A DNA stretch of 64,000 nt from an uncultured Melioribacter sp. GTDB lineage: Bacteria; Bacteroidota; Ignavibacteria; Ignavibacteriales; Melioribacteraceae. Shown here one piece after another: positions 13,001 to 19,372 of this stretch. Each line of letters starts with the position of its first letter. Within the stretch, counting starts at the first letter, position 1. The translations under genes were made by a program, and so were the position numbers. The stretch is from assembly GCA_964570865.1 (NCBI GenBank), contig CAZMZM010000006.1, positions 196-64,195 of the forward strand, given 5' to 3'. The notes under the pieces were generated by a model, which was not told the DNA's origin, did not search any database, and saw only the letters and a program-made list of their open reading frames with translations.

Positions 13001-15002
13001 TTATCCGGACTCTTGCCTGAGATGTTGAAATATTAGGGACATGCCAATTATAACTTTCATCCTGAGCATCAACCGCACTGGCTCCGGGGATATTAGTATA
13101 GGTAGCGCCTCCGTCAACCGAATATTCAATTCTTACCTGACCAATTGAATTTGTAGCACTCCAAGTAATCGGATAAGAAATTCCTCCAACAATTTTTTCT
13201 CCGCCGTTGGGAGTAAGAACGGAAATATTTCCAACCGTAAAATATCCGGGATTTGTATTTGCAAAATTTTCGTTACTTTCATCGCGAACCCGAATTTTCA
13301 TTTGGTCTGATGAAAGTCCGTTAGGAATAGTCCAAGAATAAGTACCGGTTGAAGCCGCAATGTTATTTTGAATTAAAATCCAGTTAGTTCCTCCATCCGA
13401 TGAATAATCAATCGCTACATTTGAAATATTTGAACTTGCAGTCCAATTAATTATCACATTATCTCCCCATTTGAAAATAGCACCATTCAAAGGAGAAGAA
13501 ATTTGCAGTGTAGCAATGCTAAACGAATTACTTTTATGTTTTTTCCCGATTCCGGTAGCAGAATCGTAAACTCTTACCTTAACATTTCCTCCGAACAATC
13601 CGTTCGGAATAAACCAAGTGTAAGTACTCAATCCCGCCGGATAAGCACTAACAATAGTGTTCCAAGTTGTTCCGTCATCTGTAGTATAATCAATTCCGAC
13701 TACATCAATCCCTGTTGTGTTTGTCCACGAAATATTATGAGGCTGTCCGGCAAGCCAATTTTCACCTCCCACAGGAGCGGTAACTGTAACTGAACCGATT
13801 GTGAAATTTTCATGGCTTTCATCAAGAATAGATGAATCCGCAGAAGATGAGATTTTAACTTTTGCTTCGCCCGTTGGAGTATTCGGAGCTGTGTAAGTGT
13901 AAGTATTTAATCCGGAAGAAATATTTGAAGCTATACTTTCTGTGTATGTTGCCCCTCCATCGGTTGATAAATCAATATCAATATTCCCCGATAAGTTGGT
14001 TGTCCAAGTAATCGGAACATCGATGCCTATTTCCCATCCTTCTCCCCCATCAGGTGAAGTGATTTTGAGATTCAATACCGTAAATGTGGATGAACTTTGG
14101 TCGTAAACATTTGAATTTCCCGAATGGCTAATCCTTACCAACACTTGGCTCGACAAAACATCGGGAACTTGCCAGCCGTATGAACCGACTCCTCCGGAAA
14201 CAGAATCGGCAATTTCAATCCAAGGACCTCCATCAACGGAGTACTCCAATTTAACGTAAGTAATGTAGGAACTGTTCCAAGAAATAACATGAGTTGAACC
14301 GGCACGCCACGATTCACCCCCGATAGGAGAAATTAGCGATAAATCAGCGGCAATAAAATTAGGAGAAGTTGCAATAATTGTTGCCGGATGCGCATCATCA
14401 TAAATTCTTATTTTTGTCCGGTTAGATGAAACGATATTAACATCCCAAAGATAAGTATTATCATTTGCATTAACCCCTGCAGCTATTGTATTCCAACTTG
14501 TTCCTCCGTTTACTGAATATTGAATCGTAACCGTTGCAATATCGCTGCTTGCGAACCAATTAATAGCAGTAGCTCTACCTGTTTGAAAAACCGAGCCTAT
14601 TTTAGGTGAGTTTATGCGTAATTCAGAGAGAATGAAGTTTGAATCGGAAATATCGAAAATTCCGCTTCCTCCGGCATCAACAATCCGTATTCTTGCTTCT
14701 TGAGACGGAGGAACTGTTGTGGAATCAATTGCCCATACATATTTTCCTAAACTTGCAATAACATTTGAGGCAATGGTTGTCCAACTTACCCCGCTGTTTA
14801 TTGAGTACTGAACGTTAACAGTTGAAATTTCTGTGCTGCTCCAAAGTATTGTTTGTGATGTACCGATCTGCCAAAGTTCACCTCCGTTAGGGGAAGTAAC
14901 CTTAATAGTTTTAGCTTTAGGTGTGTTACTTGTTTGTGCAACCAATACACCGGAAGTTAATGCTAAAATAAGCAACAATATTTTTGTTAAACGTTTCATC
15001 AT
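1062..15002 (-). CDS. Giant (4,646 aa) secreted repeat adhesin with a type IX secretion C-terminal sorting domain
   Basis: Uninterrupted 13.9-kb ORF with an ATG start and signal peptide [23 protein letters not shown]. It holds about 44 tandem ~90-aa modules. The C-terminal 507 aa run FN3-like, dockerin-like, cohesin-like, then a T9SS CTD (...[16 protein letters not shown]...GVYFYRI...). Confidence 0.9.
   Translation of the reverse strand: [4646 protein letters not shown]
1065..1334 (-). other. T9SS C-terminal sorting domain (CTD) of the giant protein
   Basis: The last ~90 aa read '[45 protein letters not shown]...[24 protein letters not shown]'. This matches the familiar Por-secretion-tail pattern (NPFN...T.I.F, V.L.VY...G, GVYFYR). 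Confidence 0.75.
1344..1691 (-). other. Cohesin-like module in the giant protein, between the dockerin-like segment and the CTD
   Basis: '[33 protein letters not shown]...[10 protein letters not shown]' resembles cohesin beta-strand signatures. Called by eye only. Confidence 0.35.
1788..1973 (-). other. Dockerin-like (EF-hand-type Ca-binding) segment in the giant protein
   Basis: '[21 protein letters not shown]' fits D-x-N-x-D-G-x-I-N-x-x-D-L. A degenerate second segment is '[17 protein letters not shown]'. Codon positions were checked against the DNA (GCT of Ala at 1971-1973). Confidence 0.5.
2586..14900 (-). repeat. About 44 tandem, strongly diverged ~90-aa protein modules (coding repeat), each with one Asp-box/BNR-like S-x-D-x-G-x-T-W motif
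   Basis: Recurrent pattern SPNGGE-W-x-G-x5-[IV]-x-W ... [EDQ]-Y-S-x-[DN]-x-G-x-[ST]-W-x-x-I ... G-x-Y-x-W-x-[IV]-P ... [KR]-[IV]-R-[IV]-x-D. I counted 44 Asp-box-like cores by hand. Boundaries are approximate. Confidence 0.8.
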
Positions 15003-15055
15003 AAATTAAACTAACAAATTAATTTAAATCCCAGAGTGCTCCCCGTCAAATAATA

Positions 15056-16438
15056 TTAATAATTTATTCTTATGATTGGTGAAAACACCAAATAACTTTT
15101 TTGTCTGTAAAAAGGTAAACTGCCGGAAAATGAAAAACCGGAGTAATATTTAAAATCAAAACCTATAGTGTTTCCCAGCATAACCCTTGTTTTAATGCCA
15201 AAGTAAGTATATCCGTCATTAACATTAATATTCCATTGAAACGCAGCATTATACTGCAATAAACCAGGCGCATTTGCTAATGAAGCTTCAAAATTTAAGT
15301 TATATTTAAACTTTGCTTGATCAGGGTCCAAATCTATTAAATTTGAATATTTCGGATTATATAAGTAATTGTAAATATCAAATCCCGAAATGCCCGCTGA
15401 AGCGTTAAGCCATCCTAAATCCATTACATTAAAAATATTATTATAATGTCCGACTATGGCAAAATAATTGCGCGTTGAGTAGAACTTTGAAATATACTCC
15501 AAATTAAAATAAGTTGCAGGATATTGTGTTACCGCAAATGAAGTAAATAACTCAAAATTGTAATTCTTTGCATTATCCATAAAAAGATTTAAAGGATTTC
15601 CTTCGAACTTAAAGTAAAGATTAGAACCCGTACTATAAAGTTTACCTCCGCTTAAAGGACTAAATTCAAATTCAGGCTGATGAGCAGTAAAGCCAATTCC
15701 TGTTTCAAATGAATATGTACGATAAGGCTCGGAGTTAACAAGATAGTCGATATAAGTAACCTTAAGCCCTGCAACATAATTGGGATAATACCACCCGGGA
15801 ATCAGCAAATAATCGTTCCCCCATCTTCCCACATAAGAGACAAGATATTTATTTCTATAAGTAGTGGTCAAGGAGTAAAACATCAATTCCGGATTAGCAA
15901 TATTCAAATTAATATCAAAATCATATGCGTCTTTATTATCATAATAAGTTTTTGTTAAATCGTTAAATGCATAAAACTGGCTTTTAAGATTATTGTAAAG
16001 TTTTTCGCCTAAAATTTCTTTAATCTGAACATTATCCAAAATAGGATCAAAGAAATAAACATTTTTATTTGAATCTAATGTTGATTCTGTGAAAAACCTC
16101 ATCACCTCAATTTCATTATCGTAATAGCGTTTTCGTAATTCAACAAATACCTTCCCTTGATAAATATCTCGTGCTTTTTGTTCTACAAATTTCTTAGTCG
16201 GTTTTTTCCCGTCAACTTTTAATGCATTAGCAACAACCATCCGATTAAATATTTCTCTTACAAAGAGCGGATCGGTAATATCCCAGATATTTTTTAAATC
16301 ATTAAAAGCAATTGTGTTGTATTCCAAACTATGGTAAATTCTTTTAATTCGCTCAATCTTCAGCGAATCGGAATTCTGTGCCGAAACAGAAGAAACAAGA
16401 AAAACTATTGGCAATATTAATAAAGTTAATTTTTTCAC
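15056..16438 (-). CDS. Predicted outer-membrane protein, type B copy 2 (paralog of 17972..19372)
   Basis: 460 aa with signal peptide ...VSSVSAQ. The GTG start shares one nt with the upstream stop (TAGTG). The C-terminal half is beta-rich with alternating hydrophobics and ends ...VFSPIIRINY (aromatic terminus). Similarity to the 466-aa paralog is strong (LEYNTIA[FY]NDLK, RKRYYD[ND]EIE, SPIIRINY). Confidence 0.75.
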   Translation of the reverse strand: MKKLTLLILPIVFLVSSVSAQNSDSLKIERIKRIYHSLEYNTIAFNDLKNIWDITDPLFVREIFNRMVVANALKVDGKKPTKKFVEQKARDIYQGKVFVELRKRYYDNEIEVMRFFTESTLDSNKNVYFFDPILDNVQIKEILGEKLYNNLKSQFYAFNDLTKTYYDNKDAYDFDINLNIANPELMFYSLTTTYRNKYLVSYVGRWGNDYLLIPGWYYPNYVAGLKVTYIDYLVNSEPYRTYSFETGIGFTAHQPEFEFSPLSGGKLYSTGSNLYFKFEGNPLNLFMDNAKNYNFELFTSFAVTQYPATYFNLEYISKFYSTRNYFAIVGHYNNIFNVMDLGWLNASAGISGFDIYNYLYNPKYSNLIDLDPDQAKFKYNLNFEASLANAPGLLQYNAAFQWNINVNDGYTYFGIKTRVMLGNTIGFDFKYYSGFSFSGSLPFYRQKSYLVFSPIIRINY

Positions 16439-17964
16439 TAAAATCCCAACCTATAAACTAATTGAACAGCTGCACCGGTATTTTCCCATTCGTTTAATTG
16501 CCTAAACATTGGTTTTGAAATATACTCAACCTGAAATCTGAATGTATGAAGTTTGTCCAATTCAAAAATCTTTAACCAAAACTTTCCCCTAAGCATACTG
16601 TCAAAATATCTCAACTTCATACCAAACAATTCTTTTTTCTGTGGAACAAACGTAAAATAAAAATTCAGTACCGGACTAATTTTGTAATGTACAGGATAAT
16701 CTCTAACACCCTTATGGTAAATAACCTTATACACGTCATACGCACCCATACCAATGTCAATCTTAAATCTCATGTTTAAACGCTCACTTTTATTCCAGAA
16801 AAATGACATTGTATATTCCCAAGAATTAGTATTAAAAAATGCGCGCGAACTATCGCTTGGTCCAAAAGAAACATAAGGACGACTAAAATCCTTAAATCCA
16901 CTGGCAAAATAAAAATTCATAAAAGGAAGTCCGTAAATTCTTGTTGTATTCACATCAACAACCAAAGCGGAAAGGACATTCAAGCGTGGAGGATCGGCAT
17001 AAACAAATGGTAATTTGTATGAGAACGAAGATGTATTAAGTCTAAAACGAGTCAATATTTTTGCATTAATTAAAAAGTCATCGTACAAATTTCGGACGAC
17101 TTCCGAAAAGGAGATAAACGTTCTTACTCCAAGAGACATGGTCATTGATTGCCACGGGAGCAAATTAAGGACTTTTGTCTCGGAGTTCCATTCGGCACCG
17201 ATTGAACTGAATCCTAAATTTAGGTGTTTAGAATCGTAAAAAGTTACATGGCTAAAATCTGCCTCTACATGATAAGGGAAATTCAGAGCTCCTTTTTTTC
17301 TTCTGCCTCTTCTGGCTTTCTTCTTAATAAGAACAGGTCTCGGGAAATATTCTGAGGAATTTACCCAATTATAGTTTAAGAAATCTTGATTATTTTTACC
17401 TGAAATCCCCTTACTTTTCATCAATTTATCATCAACCGGAATTCCAAGCAATGAGTTTGGCATTTGTTCTTCAAGAGCATTTACAAGAAGTTTATACAAC
17501 TTAATATAAATCTTTTTGTTATTAAAGTATAAGTTCTGAATATCGCCGAAACTTAAAACTAAAGTAGTATCATAATTGGAGCCGGATGAAATTTGGTCAA
17601 ATAAGCCACCTCCACCGCTTTGTACGGAACGATCAATTTCCTCAAATACTTGTAAAATTGTAAGGGAATCAGTATCTAATGTCTCGCCTAAAAACTCAAA
17701 AATGTAATTAACTCCATCTCTCTTTTCAAAAGAGTACGATTTTACTTTTAAATTAAGTTTCGGAACATTTTTGAGGGCGGAAAGATCTTTCTTGTTTATA
17801 TCAACCGGAACGGCATAAATATTTAAATATTTTTTGTCACTTTTTAATTTTTTTTCAGCCAACTTATAATAATCGCCAAGATTCTGACTTTTCAATAATG
17901 TCGGCAAAGCAAAAACAACTAAGCCAATTACGGTAAAAAATATGTAATTAAAATATTTTTTCAC
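16438..17964 (-). CDS. Predicted outer-membrane protein, type A copy 2 (paralog of 19362..20891)
   Basis: 508 aa with a GTG start 7 nt after the upstream stop and a hydrophobic N-terminal signal. A central polybasic patch IKKKARRGRRKKG is present. The C-terminus ...VQLVYRLGF looks like an OMP beta-signal. Shared motifs with the 509-aa paralog: DKKYLN[IV]Y, VLNLLP, MSF[FY]WN, YTFVP, EYI[ST].P, [DE]WE[NT].G. Confidence 0.75.
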   Translation of the reverse strand: MKKYFNYIFFTVIGLVVFALPTLLKSQNLGDYYKLAEKKLKSDKKYLNIYAVPVDINKKDLSALKNVPKLNLKVKSYSFEKRDGVNYIFEFLGETLDTDSLTILQVFEEIDRSVQSGGGGLFDQISSGSNYDTTLVLSFGDIQNLYFNNKKIYIKLYKLLVNALEEQMPNSLLGIPVDDKLMKSKGISGKNNQDFLNYNWVNSSEYFPRPVLIKKKARRGRRKKGALNFPYHVEADFSHVTFYDSKHLNLGFSSIGAEWNSETKVLNLLPWQSMTMSLGVRTFISFSEVVRNLYDDFLINAKILTRFRLNTSSFSYKLPFVYADPPRLNVLSALVVDVNTTRIYGLPFMNFYFASGFKDFSRPYVSFGPSDSSRAFFNTNSWEYTMSFFWNKSERLNMRFKIDIGMGAYDVYKVIYHKGVRDYPVHYKISPVLNFYFTFVPQKKELFGMKLRYFDSMLRGKFWLKIFELDKLHTFRFQVEYISKPMFRQLNEWENTGAAVQLVYRLGF

Positions 17965-17971
17965 AAACTTA

Positions 17972-19372
17972 TTAGTAATTTATTCTGATTATCGGTGAAA
18001 AAATCAACTGAGTATCAGTCCTAAAAGGATACTTTTGAGTATCCAAACTAAAAAATGAATTATAAGTAATTCTAATACCAAAAGTATCACTCAACATAGC
18101 TTTTAGACTCACACCTCCGACGCCATATCCTTCGGATGAATAGCTTACATTAAAAATAATTTGATGCTGAATTAATCCGCCATACCTTTCAACCCCTATT
18201 TTTGCATTAACAAAATGAGTAAAACTATCAAAAAAGTCATGTCCGTCTAAATCGACTAAATTTTTCCTCCCTGGAAAATATTTTAAGTGTTTTAACGTGT
18301 GAGACGAAACTCCCAAACCAACCATCAATTGACCTAAGTCAAATAAGTTTACAAGTTTTCTTTTGGTTACACTAAAATTCACAAAATCCCTTACAGAATA
18401 AAAACTTGTAGTATCCATTTTACCAAACTCTTTATCCGTATAGTCGGAATAAGAGAACGAACCCGAGAAATCAAGATAATAACCTTTAACTTTAGGGAAA
18501 AGATATTTGAAAACATCCCCGTTAATCTTAAAGTAAATGTCATCTGCCGATTTCATAAGTGGAGATGCAGGTTGAGCAGTGGGATAAACAATTCCGGAAG
18601 AAACCCCGGTACCTATAGCAACTTTGTACGTGTACTCCTCAGGATCATCAGTCAAATACTTGTAATATGTTACTTGCGTACCTACAAAATACTCCGGAGA
18701 AGTCCATGCAGGGAAATATACTTCACTCATTCCCCATTTACCGAAAACTGTAGCAAGATACTTATTACGGTAATCAGACGTAGTTGACCAAAACATTAAA
18801 TAAGGATTTATCATTTCCATATTAATATCGAAGAAGAATCCAGGTTTTACGTCATATTCCTTTTTTGTAATATCACTGAAATAGTATTGACGCTTTTGCA
18901 ATTCCTGATAAATATTTTTACCTACAATTTCGCGCAAATAAAACCCGTCATAAACAGGGTCAAACAAATAATTCGGATTTTCCTTGTCTAATTCGCCTTC
19001 CGGGACAAATGCGAAAAATTCTATTTCATCGTCGTAATAACGTTTACGCAAATCTAATACAACTTTCCCTTCAAATATATTTTGAGCTAACTTTTTAAGT
19101 TTAGAACTATTTATCTTCTTACCATTAAGACGAAGTGCATTGTTTACAATAAACCGTCCGAAAACATCTCGAACAAAACTGGGATCTTTAATTACCCATT
19201 TAACTTTTAAGTCGTTGTAAGCAATAGTATTATATTCAAGATTATTAAAAATCTTTTTTAAATCCGATAACCGTTTTTGCTCAGAAGTAGTTTGAGCAAC
19301 GGAAATTGTTGAGATAGCAATAATAGCAAACAACAATAACTTAAATGCAGTAGTTATTTTTTTATAGTCCAT
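17972..19372 (-). CDS. Predicted outer-membrane protein, type B copy 1
   Basis: 466 aa with an ATG start that overlaps the upstream gene by 11 nt. Signal peptide ...ISVAQ. The C-terminus ...IFSPIIRINY is identical in its last 8 aa to the 460-aa paralog. Confidence 0.75.
   Translation of the reverse strand: MDYKKITTAFKLLLFAIIAISTISVAQTTSEQKRLSDLKKIFNNLEYNTIAYNDLKVKWVIKDPSFVRDVFGRFIVNNALRLNGKKINSSKLKKLAQNIFEGKVVLDLRKRYYDDEIEFFAFVPEGELDKENPNYLFDPVYDGFYLREIVGKNIYQELQKRQYYFSDITKKEYDVKPGFFFDINMEMINPYLMFWSTTSDYRNKYLATVFGKWGMSEVYFPAWTSPEYFVGTQVTYYKYLTDDPEEYTYKVAIGTGVSSGIVYPTAQPASPLMKSADDIYFKINGDVFKYLFPKVKGYYLDFSGSFSYSDYTDKEFGKMDTTSFYSVRDFVNFSVTKRKLVNLFDLGQLMVGLGVSSHTLKHLKYFPGRKNLVDLDGHDFFDSFTHFVNAKIGVERYGGLIQHQIIFNVSYSSEGYGVGGVSLKAMLSDTFGIRITYNSFFSLDTQKYPFRTDTQLIFSPIIRINY

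Noticed and set aside
2586-14900. Regular ~270-nt periodicity that could superficially suggest a CRISPR-like or satellite array
   Set aside because: The periodicity is at protein level: diverged modules within one intact reading frame. There are no conserved direct DNA repeats separated by unique spacers, and no cas genes in the window.
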